DNA of 64,000 bases from Sphaerodactylus townsendi (lineage: Eukaryota): positions 93,992,001-94,056,000 of the forward strand of contig NC_059426.1 in NCBI RefSeq assembly GCF_021028975.2, written 5' to 3'. Position 1 is the stretch's first letter. Each line of letters starts with the position of its first letter. Positions 12,801 through 24,539 of this stretch are shown here, piece after piece. The translations under genes and the position numbers were made by a program. Below the pieces are notes generated by a model. It was not told where the DNA came from and searched no databases. It was given only the letters and a program-made list of their open reading frames with translations.

Positions 12801-13097
12801 AATGTATTGTCGAAGGCTTTCATGGCTGGAATCACTGGGGTGCTGTGTGGTTTCCGGGCTGTATGGCCGTGTTCTAGCAACATTCTCTCCTGACGTTTTG
12901 CCTGCATCTGTGGCTGGCATCTTCAGAGGATCTGATAGTAGGAAAGCAAGTGGAGTATATATACCTGTTGGAGTATCCAGGGTGGAGAAAAGAACCATTG
13001 TCTGTTAACAAGTAAAGGGTGCAATTAGCAAGCTAGATTTACATGTGTTGAGTGGGATCCACCCATTAGCATGTGAGTAACAATGAAGATAGCAAGG
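12801..13097 (-). mobile_element. Penelope-like pLTR fragment with mutated hammerhead
   Basis: gtcgaaggctttcatggctgg...ggcatcttcagagga motif; 16-bp flanking direct repeat tcaatgggatatgttc. Confidence 0.8.
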
Positions 13098-13117
13098 TCA
13101 ATGGGATATGTTCTCAC

Positions 13118-13290
13118 CTCTCCATTAGCAGTTTCCTGACTCCTATCTGATGTTGGATGTACAGGAGGCAAAGCTACAGGTTTTATGGCAATGAGTTGTA
13201 CGGATCCAGAGGATGTGTCAAAAGGATCAAGGGAAGACTTGGCAACACTGTCAAAGAGTATGTCTCCCTCTTCTTCATCACTTATGGGCA
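13118..13290 (-). CDS. KIAA1549L: KIAA1549L exon (173 nt, phase 1-0): VPISDEEEGDILFDSVAKSSLDPFDTSSGSVQLIAIKPVALPPVHPTSDRSQETANGE
   Basis: Acceptor gttttag|, donor GAG|gtgaga. PFDTSSGSVQLIAIKP motif. Confidence 0.96.
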
Positions 13291-14789
13291 CTAAAACACA
13301 TAGGGATTAAATCAGCATATATTTTTGGATTTTTTAAATTTTGAGCCTCTGAAGCAAAAAAAGAAAATGAATTCATGCATTAGATCAGGGCTGTGGCTTG
13401 CCATAGGCTTGAAAAACAGATCCATGAGGAATACAGGTTCCATGCTAACTTAAAGCAACAAAGAGGCAAGAAGAAATCACACATACTAGGCAGCTTTATG
13501 TTTTCCTAATTCTCCACCCATTCTTGCTCAAAACAAGCCTTCAGAATAGTAATCCATAATACATTTATTCTTTGAAGTACTCATAGTATATACACTCATC
13601 CTAATTTCTGGGGGAAACCCATAAGTAACCTGGAATAGCTATAGAAATTACCAGAAACTCTATGGTGCAGTCTTTTTTTAAAATTGCCTGCTGCCACTTA
13701 AAGAAGCAGCAGGCAAGGTCAGCTGCAGGGGGAAGCCTCCCATCATAGCAGGAGGCCTGGCAGCACTAATCCAAAGAGGCAGAGACACTGAAAGACATTC
13801 ATCAGAGGTTATTGGCAGTCATCCACAGCACAGGTTTAGTCAGATGGTGGTCACCATCTGCCACCATTGAAAATAAAAACACAATAAGCAATTACTAGTT
13901 AACTGATAATGTTACCTGCTTTTTTGTTTTTCAAAAAGTATGTCCAATGATTTTATAAAGAGAATTAATCTGTTAGCACTCATATGAGGTCTCATCAATA
14001 AAAATCAGTTCAAAAGCTAAATTATATTCTTTACCATCACCCCCACCCCCCCTCCAAAAAAAAATAACATTTTTCAGGCACACATCAGACCAGTTCTTTG
14101 GACTGGCAATCCCAACTTCAGGAGAAAATTCAAAGGCCATAACTAAACTGTACTGACAAAAATACATCCATGTCGTCAAGTTTAAGGTTCAGTTTATTAC
14201 CCCACATGGACTCTAAAGCTATCTCCAGGCATTTGGTTCTGGGTTTCTTCAGCCTCCGTGGGCCCATTCCACATGGGCCAAGAAAACAGGTGTAGGACAC
14301 TATATAATCCATTTTGGGAGGGGACTTTGCACAAATACCGCCCCCAAAACGAGTCTGCTCCGTTTTATTTTCCCCAACCCAGGTTTCTGAAAATCGCTAA
14401 ATAAGCAATCTTTTTGAAAAATCCCAGATTGGAGCTGCTCCCTCACGAACAGCCAGGCAGGAGGCACTTTATTTCCCTCCATTCTGCTCCATCCTCCATG
14501 GTCAGGGAGAAGCCACCCACCATTGCCTGGCCATTGCAGGGAGGCCCTTTTTCCTTTAAAAAATTTTTTGCGGGTTGCATTTGCATAGCTACGCAGCTGC
14601 AGCTGGTCATATTGTGGGATATCAACATGGATGTGGGGATTCATTTCACCATGCCTGTGTAGCTACACATGTGTTGCAGGACAATAGAAAAAACCAGAAG
14701 TGCCTTCATGTGAAGGCATGACAGCAACCTGGATTGTTTCCGTGGCCCCCAATTGCTGCCAGCATGGGATGCATGTGAATGGGAAAACA

Positions 14790-15135
14790 GGAAAGTGCAA
14801 CCTGTTACACATTTGCTGGGCAAAAGGGATCTGGGATCAACTAGAAGTGCAAGATAGAGCTTAAAGTCATTTGCATATTGGTGACACAAACAAACTATCT
14901 AGATGACCTCATCCAGCGATTTCACATAAAAAGAACATACGGGACAAGATGACATTTTGTAAGACTGAACAAGAGCCCCTCAGAATTATTTTCTGAATAC
15001 CACCCTCCAGGTAGAACTAGCACCCTGGCAGAATAGTTCCTCCCAATTCCAGCCCAAACATGTTGTCTGGAAGGATGCCATGACTGATGGTTCAAAAACC
15101 ACTGAGAGGTCCAGAAGGTCCTGGACATCCTCAGT
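14790..15135 (-). mobile_element. L2-like LINE RT relic
   Basis: CHQYAND(YADD-like)FKLYL frame. Confidence 0.5.
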
Positions 15136-15169
15136 ACAAATTATCCACAAGGGTGACCAAGGAGAAGAG

Positions 15170-15410
15170 GAAAAAGAGTTGGTGTTTATATCTTGCTTTT
15201 CTCTACCTTAAGAAGTCTCAAAGCAACTTATACTTCCTTCCTCTCTCCACAAAGGCACTTTGTGAGCTAGGTGTCACTGATAGAGTTCTGAGAGAACTGT
15301 GACTGGTCCAAGGTTAGTCAGTAGACTTCAAGTGAAGGAGCAGTGAATCAAACCTCATTCTCCAGATTAAAATCCACCACTCTTAATCACTACACCATCC
15401 TGGTTCTCAT
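15170..15410 (-). mobile_element. tRNA-derived SINE (Squam3-like), degenerate
   Basis: Reverse-complement similarity to the 55853 copy (ggtgtagtg head, ctttctc tail). Confidence 0.6.
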
Positions 15411-15819
15411 TTGTTTCAGTCCCATAACCAGACTTGAAACCAGATGATTGGAAGAGATCTTAAAAAACTGGTCTCATCTAGGAAGGCTTGGAGTTGTCCA
15501 GCCACTTACTCAAGAATAGAATCACTTACTCAAGAATAGAATATTTAAGACTGGTTGACAATTATTGAGATCTCTTTGGTCAAGGGTAGGGTTCTTTTAA
15601 GTGGAAGAATCAAACCCTGTTTGAAGGCTTCTAAAGAAGCGCTAACTACTTGAACCCCGTCAGCCAGTCTCATTCCCCAACCTGGAAAGATTTAAGTAAC
15701 CAGGAAGATCATAAAAGCAGGTGATAGAACTTAAACTTCCAAGGATTCTATCCATATCCTCCAACTGAATAAACTGAAAAATATCCCACATAACTGGACA
15801 TAATTGGATGCAGGAAGAC

Positions 15820-16184
15820 TGGCAATCTTAGGGGAGAAGAAAGCAGAAAAAGGGGAGAATCTATAAGGGCTTTCAGGAAAGGGAAAGAGGAAATATTAGG
15901 GGAAATGAAACAACTCCTGCAAGTCCTTGTGTGTTCCCAATCGTCTATATCCTAATAGCCAAGTGGGCCAAATCTGAGATTACTTACATCTGGATATTGG
16001 ACCCTTGTATCCAGATGTAAGTAATCTCAGATTTGGCCCACTTGGCTATTAGGATATAGACGATTGGGAACACACAAGGACTTGCAGGAGTTGTTTCATT
16101 TTCCCTAATATTTCCTCTTTCCCTTTCCTGAAAGCCCTTATAGATTCTCCCCTTTTTCTGCTTTCTTCTCCCCTAAGATTGCCA
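15820..16184. repeat. Near-perfect fold-back inverted repeat, 177-bp arms, 11-nt loop
   Basis: 15820-15996 is the reverse complement of 16008-16184, with one mismatch seen by eye. Confidence 0.95.
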
Positions 16185-16265
16185 ACCTCCTGGTGGGACC
16201 TGGGGGCCTGCTGGAATCACAACAGATCTCCCAACTGCAGAGATCTCCCAACTGCACTTCCCCCT

Positions 16266-16569
16266 TAGGATTGCCAGTTCTGGGTTGGAAAATTAATGGA
16301 GATTTGGGGGTTGAGACTTAGCAGTGAGGTTTGTGACCTCAGCAGGATATAATGCAAAGGAGTCCCCCCTCCAGAGCAGCCATTTTCTCCAGGGGAGTTG
16401 ATCTTTGTATCTGGAGAGCAGCTGTAATTCTGGGTGATTTCCAGTCCTCCCATGGCTACTTAGCAGGGTGGAGTTGAGGGTATAATACTTTCTGGGGTCT
16501 TTCTGCACCATTCCAAAGCTCTACTCTCTAAATCTCCAGGTATTTCTTAACCCAAAGTTGGTAACCCTA
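16266..16569. mobile_element. MITE with taggRttgcca-type TIRs
   Basis: taggattgcca ... ttggtaacccta. Confidence 0.6.
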
Positions 16570-17005
16570 GCTCCTTTTCATCTCCTATAAAGTCATAACT
16601 CAACAAAATATCTGAATTAGCCCAAAGATTTACACACCAATTAGAGTGCTCCTACAAATTCGAAAATAGTTCATGACAAAAAGGTAGATGAATAGAAGTA
16701 AAGACTTACAATAAAGAAAGGTAACTACTTTAAGGCTGTTAAAACAATATATAAATATTTGGAAACTCAGAAGGACATAATTCTGAGTTAACATGAACAG
16801 GACTGAGCAGCATGTTGCCTTGCATAACTGAAAAATGACCAGATGTCATCATGTCATAACAAGCAGAAACTAAAAGTGGAATTTCTTTTTTACCCAAGAA
16901 ACAGCTGTTTGATAAATGTCACTTAAATTACAAATCTGATTTCAACTTTTATTTTCATCCTACTGACACATGAACATAAAATCAGGATGTAGTCTACAAA
17001 TGTTA

Positions 17006-17981
17006 CCGTATATACCGGCGTATAAGACGACTGGGGGTATAAGACGACCCCCCCCTCTTTTCCAGTTAAAATATAGATTTTGGCACATACTTGCCGTATA
17101 AGACTACCCTGCAGCAGAGGCTGCGACGACACCCTGTGTGGCCTCGGCCTCAGGAGAGGCAGGCCGATCATTGCGGGGGTGGGACAGAGCCCTGCTGCCG
17201 CCGCCGGCACCCCCGGGTGGCCTTCCTTGGCCTCGGTGGAGGCCGGCCTATCGTCGCGGGGGCAGGACAGAGTGGCAGCAGCGGCACCCCAGGTGGCCTT
17301 GGTCTTGATCATCAAGGGGGCGGGTCGAAGAGCGGGCTGCGGCGACAGCGGCAACACTGGGATCCGCCCCGGCCGGAGGCCAGGTGCGACAGAGGCAGGA
17401 CACCTCCTGAGCTCCCTCCCCCTCACTCTCCCCTTTGAGTACCTCCCGCTCTTCACCAACTCCATGCCTTCCCTCTCAGCCACAACACCCACTCCTTCCC
17501 CCGCCTTCCACCACACCGTCCCATCTCTTCCTCTTTTCCTCCTTTTATCCCCTCCCCTTCCCCAGCTGCCCTAAAACCCCACTGCCTCGTTGCTGGCCTT
17601 CACGCAGGACTTCCGGTTTGTCAGGCCGCTGATCCCCGCTGGCGTGGGGTTGTCAACGGGGGTGCCCCCGGAGGAGTTCCCCTTCCCTGGCAAGCCCGGG
17701 GAGAGGACGGGGGAAGCCCCGCTGTCGAGGGGGCCATCCCCGGGGGTTCCCTCCACTGCGGGAGTCCCCCGGCCCATCCGCGCAGGAGCAGGGAACGCCC
17801 CTGGGCCCTCGTCGTTGCCGGGCTGGCTGCAGGGAGCTCCCTCGCTGGAGTGGCCAGTCGATCGGCCAGGCGGTGGCAAGTCTGAGAAGGGGGTGGGGGA
17901 TGCCCGGCGTATAAGACGACCCCCGACTTTTGATAAGATTTTCCTGCATTAAAAAGTCATCTTATACGCCGGTATATATGG
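17006..17981. mobile_element. Tc1/mariner (pogo/Tc2-like) non-autonomous element with CpG-rich interior
   Basis: TIR ccgtatataccggcgtataagacgac / gtcatcttatacgccggtatatatgg; TA TSD on both sides; subterminal gtataagac repeats. Confidence 0.9.
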
Positions 17982-18416
17982 TAGCAAACTTAAGCTGTCA
18001 TTTAGGTAAGCAATGAACTGTAAGCAAACACTGTGGACACTTCCATGTTTGCTCTGACCTCTTTCTCAGTGAATCCACTAAGAGTGTTCAAAAGAATACA
18101 ATTAAGCTCTATAATCACCATTTCAGAGGGTCATGAAACTGATAAAATGTGAGGATGTTCATGATCAGATCCCACCCCCACCCCCCAAGTTGTCACAATG
18201 TAAATCAAGATACTATGCAGCTTCTATTTACATTTCAAAAATGCTGGAAGGATCCAGTCAGAAATGTTCAGGCATCTTATCTGTTTTGACTGTCTTCAAT
18301 AAGCTGAAAAATGTATAAGGAACCTCGAGACACATCTAAGCATTGATACTGTGTGTTGAAACACACACCCCCCCCCGCCCCCGATCCTGGCCTTGGGTTT
18401 CATAAATACATGATAC

Positions 18417-18496
18417 CTGTGATAGGGATGGTACTGGACTGTCCGCCTTTCTTCAATGTCTCATGAACTACTGAAGCACTGGGAAAATCTATTTTC
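18417..18496 (-). other. Candidate 80-nt cassette exon (phase 2-1, KIDFPSASVVHETLKKGGQSSTIPIT)
   Basis: Acceptor gcattctgcag|, donor CAG|gtatca. Open frame returns to phase 1, matching the exon at 13290. Confidence 0.4.
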
Positions 18497-19845
18497 CTGC
18501 AGAATGCAGCTGTCTTTCAGAGTTTGAAAATATACTTGAACATACTTGTATATTTCCACTCTAATTATGAATGCTTTAACTACAATTTTTAAATATATGG
18601 TAAAGTCTTAAATCTAACATTTTATCATAGGGAGAGCAAAAAATCTCTAGTTGCTTGTTCTAATTAACACCATGGGTATGTGTGTGTGCGGGGGGGAGTT
18701 AATAGACAACATTTAAACTCTTTTTTTAACCTTTTGCTTTAACACAACTGAATGTCAGCATCCTTTTATAATCATTACTCCATCCCACTCTTTCTCAAGC
18801 TCAGGCATACAATTTACCACATTTATTTGAATGGAAAAGAAGAAAATCAGTTTGTTTCTATAGTAACTACAGTTTCCTGAAATATATTCTACATATTCAT
18901 ACAAGCATTCTTATGCTGCTGGGATTAATGTATGGAATAAAATTTGGCCACAGACTGTTATTGGTATGCTGGCTGACGGAAGCAGGGGCACAGCATATGG
19001 GACAGCTCTGAAATTGGGTAGAATGTCTGCTGTTCCCCAGTAATAACCTTCCCCCCGTCTGTTGCAAGGGGGAAAAAACAACACGCGGAGCAGCAAGATA
19101 GTGGGAGCCATCGGGGTGCTGGCATCTTGATGAACTCCCCTTACTGCAAGGGGGCATGAGCTACCTGCAGTCCCTGCCTGGGTATGCGGTACACATGATT
19201 ACCATCACCCCCCAGGCCTCTTATAGAGGCCCCCACCAAATGGGGAGGCCCGGCATGCAGCTCTTCCTCCCCTGAACGATTCCCTATGAGCAACTCACCA
19301 GGCTGTGACGAATTAATGTAAATCACAACAAAACACAACTAACAATATGGCAACACTACAAGGTCAAAAAACAAGGGAGGGTGGGTGAAAGAAGCCGCTG
19401 CAGCCCGAGCAGAAGAGAGGCCCGGGAAGGCCCGGCATGCCCTTACAAGGCTGCGGCCTTGCCCCCTCCACTTACATCACATGTTCGCGCCAGCAGCAGA
19501 ATGGCCCTGCCTGCTGGGCTGGACATTGGTGTTGAGCCCGCCCATTTCCCTGCCTGCTTCAGGCAGCAACCGTGGCCAAGGTCACTCTCAGTCATGCTTT
19601 GCTGCCTGAGGAGGGGAGAATGAGCTTGAGGATGTGGAAAGACAACACAGACAACCACCTTGTGCAGAATAAAATTTGGCCACAGGCTGTTTGTTGGTAT
19701 GCTGGCTGAAGGAAGCAGAGGTGCAGCATAGGGAACAGATCTGGCACTGGGCAGCTTGTCTGGTGCCCACCTGTGGTTGATGATGCAGTCAAGGAATGAA
19801 AGCCTTTAACAGTTTCAATTTCCTCACTGTCTACCCTAAAGCTAA

Positions 19846-19984
19846 GGCTCATTCCGCACATGCAGAATAATGCACTTTCAAACTGCTTTCAGTGCTCTTT
19901 GAAGATGTGGAATGGCAAAATCCACTTGCAAACAGTTGTGAAAGTGGTTTGAAAACGCATTATTTTGCGTGTGCGGAAGGGGCC
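19846..19984. mobile_element. Harbinger-like palindromic MITE
   Basis: ggctcattccgcaca...tgtgcggaaggggcc; taa/aaa flanks. Confidence 0.7.
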
Positions 19985-21180
19985 AAAGTAATTCCCCAGT
20001 AGTCATTACTTTTGTATTAACTGCTGTTCAGCTGTAGTTCTGCTTTGGCATTTTCTCCTTTAACTTTCAGCAGTAGTCATTTCAAGTCCTCACTATTTTC
20101 CTTTAGTAATGTATTATCAGCAGCATATCTCAAATTGTTAACATTCCTCCTCCCAATTTTAACACCACCTTCAACTCAATCCAATCCAGTTTTCCTTATG
20201 ATAGGTTCTGCAAACAGATTAAAGAGAAAAGGAGATAAAATTGTCTAACAACTTTGCCAGTTGGAAACCATTGTTTCTCCATATTCTATCCTAACAGTAG
20301 CCTCTCGTCCAAAGTGCAGGTTATGCATCAAAACAATCAGATGATGTGGCACGTGCATTTCCTTTGAAACCAGCCATAGTTTTTCATAATCCACACAGTT
20401 AAATCTATGAAACACAAGATTATTTTCTTTTGAAATTCTCTCATATCCTCTAGTGACCAATGTTAATTTTCAATATGATCTGTTGGGTCTCTTCCTTTTC
20501 TGAACCTAGCAGTGAATATCAGGCATTTGTTGTTCCATATATGGTAACAGTCTTTGTTGTAAGCTTTTCGTCATTGCTTTACTTACATGAAAAATGAATG
20601 TGATGGTCCAATAGTTGCTCCAATCTTTGACATCTCCTTTTTTGAGAACTTGAATGTAATTTGATCATTTCCACTCTGTGGGTCATTGTTTTGTTTTCCA
20701 TATTTTGATAGCATATTTTTGTCAAGATTTGGATGGACTCTGTTTCTGTGGCTTGAAATAGTTCTATCGATATCCCATCTACTCCTGGTGATTTGTTTCT
20801 CCCTATTGCTCTCAGTGCAGCTCTTACTTCACTTTCTAAAACTGTAGATTCTTCTTCAAAAGATTCTTCTTGGAAGGAATCTCTCATCCTAGCAGCTATT
20901 TTGTATAGTTCTTCAGTGTATGGTTCCACCTTTTCTTTATTTTGTCCTGCTGATCTTTCAGCATACTAACTGTGCTGTAAACTGCCCTTTGATTTCTTGG
21001 ATCTTGTGGAACAGATCTCCTTTTTTGTTGTTTTCTTCTATTTTTACACTGGTTATTATAACAGTACTCTTTGTCTCTGTGTATAAGTTGTTTTGATTCT
21101 GTTTCTGTCACTTTTTACTTTTGCTTCTTGTCTGATTTGGTAATTTAAAACATTTTCTCAGTCATCCATTGAGGCTTTTC
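19985..21180 (-). mobile_element. RTE-clade LINE ORF relic
   Basis: Frames EVRAALRAIGRNKSPGVDGISIELFQ and LWLVSKEMHVPHHLIVLMHNL...EATVRIEYGET are typical of RTE/BovB-type RT regions; frameshifted. Confidence 0.85.
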
Positions 21181-23811
21181 ATTTCTTTTGACACTGAATT
21201 TATTTCTTTGGGCTCTGAAAATAAACTGGAAATTAGCTGTTTTGGTCAGCTTGGGGATATCTGAAAGCTTCCAAAACACTCTCATATTCTTAGAGCAGTG
21301 GAAATTTATCTTCCAGAAATTTAGAAGTGTTTCAGGTATCAGGGATTGGAAACCAAGGGGGAAACCAAGGAAGGTGGTCTGCCATACAGTTGATTGGTGG
21401 CTTCATCCACCCTTTAAATTTTAAAAGGTCATTGTTTTTTGATAGGAAGACCTGGTCCTTTAATATTTAATAACTGCTGATCAGGTAGACCAGGCCTTCT
21501 GAGTAGATCTGGCCTCTCTACTATCCTCAGGAAGTAATGGTTTCTATATACCTGATCGACTGTTAGTCAGAATCTCCATTTTAAAGCACCAGTTTTACGA
21601 GGGTACACCTGGCCAGGTCTTCCCATAGAAAATAATGGTGCTTTAAAATTTAAAGGGGATGGAGACGCTGACTAACAGATGTTTGGAGAAACAACTTCCT
21701 CCTTCTCCCTCCTTTCTTGTTCATGCAGCCTCTGGGACTGAGGGAATTGGTGTGTGTGTGGGGGGGGGGACAGGTATTGATAAAATGTTCACCAATGCTC
21801 AATGCCCGAAAAAATCCCAAAATGTTAAGGAAAGTCCTAGTAATTCAGAATAACAAAAAGCATGCCCTCCCCAAATCTGAATTCATCCAGTTTTTACATG
21901 TACACTCCTAGATACAATAGGTTATGTCAGAATATATTTACAATAATATCACAACCATTTGAGATTATGTAAAAATAGTTAGTGTCCTTTCCAGAAAGCA
22001 CTAAGGGCTGATCACAGATATTATAATATTGGGCAGTGACTTGTTTCATGATCCTGCAAAATGTAGAGCAAATTAATGAAGTAACAGAAGTTTAATGGCA
22101 TTACTTCTATGATACCAGTACTCCAAACTAAGTGGTTTGGATCACCAGATACCACAATAGTTTGGTTGAAGTCCATAAGCCCCTAATTTACTTGCCACAT
22201 AGCTTACAACAATGTAGCTTTTTAAAAGATCCAACATAATGTCTAAACTGGGTCATAATGCAGAAGCTTCTCCCCTGTTTTCAGCTGAATATTCAGTAAC
22301 TTGCAGAGCATTAAGTAAACCCAAGAAGGAGCCTACAGCACTTCAGAGAATGTGCTGGTAAAAGAATCCTATTATGTCTGTGAGAACAGAGGCTTCCTGT
22401 TACAGAACTGCAGAGTCTATCTTCTAAAAAAGAACTGTAGCCCAAAGGCTTATTTTTTTCAGAGAGAGAAAAGTTTGCTAACAGAAAATACTCGTTTTTG
22501 TTCAGAGCTATTTAATGTTTGGTCATACATGCACAATGCTGTCCTGCATCACAACAGGTGCATTGCAGGAATGCTTGTTTCTGGCTTTCACCATTATTTG
22601 ATACAGACTGTAATCATGCAACTGAAGAACCCACACAAATGGGCCATAGAATAAAGCACTGAGCTTAGATATTATGTCTTCTGCCTGAAAATAGGGACCA
22701 TTCTCCTCCCCCATATAAACTAGAGCCAATGCTGTCTAAGGACTAAACAACCTTGCCTAAGTTAAAGGAACTCCATGTAACTGTAAAAAGAGTACCATCT
22801 AAAAATGAAAAACAGAGCAGAAAGCATTAAAACATGCCTCTAGCAAAAGTTACTGTCTTTTTTGGCAAAAAACCATCTGGAAAACTCTGTGACCTGTGAA
22901 GAGCTGATCTGTGATCTGTGCCATTATTCTATAAAATATGAGGATTTAAATTAGTTTTATTTTAAAGATATGATACAATTTTAACAATGAATGACAGGTC
23001 AATTCCTCCAAAACACTGGCTGCATCAGTCAATCTTTCCTGCTTCTATCAGTTCATCCAGCTCCTAATTGTCCACTTGCAGATGCCAACAGAACATTCTG
23101 TGTGTCTAATTTGGGATGCTTTTGAAAAGAATTATAATTTCAAGTTTTATCCTTTACAAGTAACCACCAAATGCTATCATTTTCCTCTCTATCTAAATGT
23201 CAGAGGGATAGGATCTAAAATTGGTTTGTTACTATGACAACTCATGAACCAACCTTAACTTTTTGGCTCAACAGTGCAATCCCATGGACAGTTACTCCAC
23301 TCTAAGCTCATTGACTTCAATGGGCTTTAACTGGAGCACCTCACTTTAGGATTACACTATTAATCAAGCAATCTGAATAGCAAAGAAATGTATTCCAATG
23401 TTCAGATATCCCTGAGATCCCATCTTTAAACCAAGATGTTAAAAGCTTAACCGGTAATGGACCAATGCATGCCCTCGACATTTGCTACCATGGAACTTTG
23501 TCAAGGACAGAAAAAAGACATACAGCACAAACCAGCAGCTTTTTAATCATGCCGAAATGTTTTCATTTAAATATAGCTTTCATGCATGCAAAAGAATAAA
23601 TATTAATTTTAGTGCCAAGGAAGCTCTACACATGCACCTGACTGAGCATGCCATGCTGTCAATTTCTTGCCATGAAAAGAAACAGGGAACCTTGCATACA
23701 TAGCATCACAGAATCAACTATATTCATATGAATATATGATTTCATTAAGATTCTAAGTAGCCTCCTTCGAATTGTACTGTATGTTACCCAAAGAGCTAGA
23801 TTCCTACTCAC

Positions 23812-23825
23812 TTTAACTGTTCTGT
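23812..23825 (-). other. Candidate 10/14-nt microexon ((T)EQL-K)
   Basis: ttttttccctcatattttctcaag|ACAG|AACAGTTAAA|gtgagt, with a UGCAUG cluster downstream. Confidence 0.45.
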
Positions 23826-24313
23826 CTTGAGAAAATATGAGGGAAAAAATATTTTACTTTTTACTTTATTTTGGATTTTTAACTCACCCTACCGCAAACA
23901 ATTATTTTGATACTTATACACTATTTTTCATTGCACTGGCAACCCAAAGCAGCTTACAGTATTCTCAATTTTATCCTCATAGCAACCACCCTCTGAGGCA
24001 GTTTAGGCCGAGAGAGTGACTGACCCAGTAAGCTTCCTGGGGGGTTTAAATTTGAGGTTCCCAGATACTGGTCCAATACTGTAACAATTACACTGCACTG
24101 GCTCATATGTAACAAATATGTAAAGTAATATAATTTATACCTTCACATTGTAAAATGGTAAGGGATTACTTTCTTTTCTTAAATGGGGTATTCTACATAA
24201 TACGAAAGCGGTGATTTCAATAGCCATTAATCTAAAGGCACATTATAATTGTAGCCACTGTTGATTCAATGAAATATCAGTACAATTTTAATGAAGAAAC
24301 TAAAATTTCTTAC

Positions 24314-24337
24314 CAATTTTCTTTGAGGAATTAAAAC
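24314..24337 (-). other. Candidate 24-nt microexon (GFNSSKKI in phase 1, or VLIPQRKL in phase 0)
   Basis: Long pyrimidine tract ttttctgtttatttgtttttcttgacatttag|; donor TTG|gtaaga; length divisible by 3. Confidence 0.45.
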
Positions 24338-24539
24338 CTAAATGTCAAGAAAAACAAATAAACAGAAAATAATGTCCTCACTAAGATATATCAGACTGAC
24401 AAATGGACAATAATCATGTCTCTTTAATTGCTCCCAGGAAAGATTAAAAAAAACAAATTGCATTTTAAACATTCCAATTTTATTTGTTATAAATTACACG
24501 TCTTTTTCTCTTCAAATTTGAATTTTTAACGTCAAAAAT

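Noticed and set aside
16923-17952. Several 100-197 aa ORFs
   Set aside because: They lie in the GC-rich interior of a non-autonomous transposon; no transposase motifs.
24141-24192. 52-nt AG/GT-bounded segment (IPHLRKESNPLPFYNVK)
   Set aside because: Needs a phase-2 upstream partner that I could not find in unique sequence; the donor gtataa is weak.
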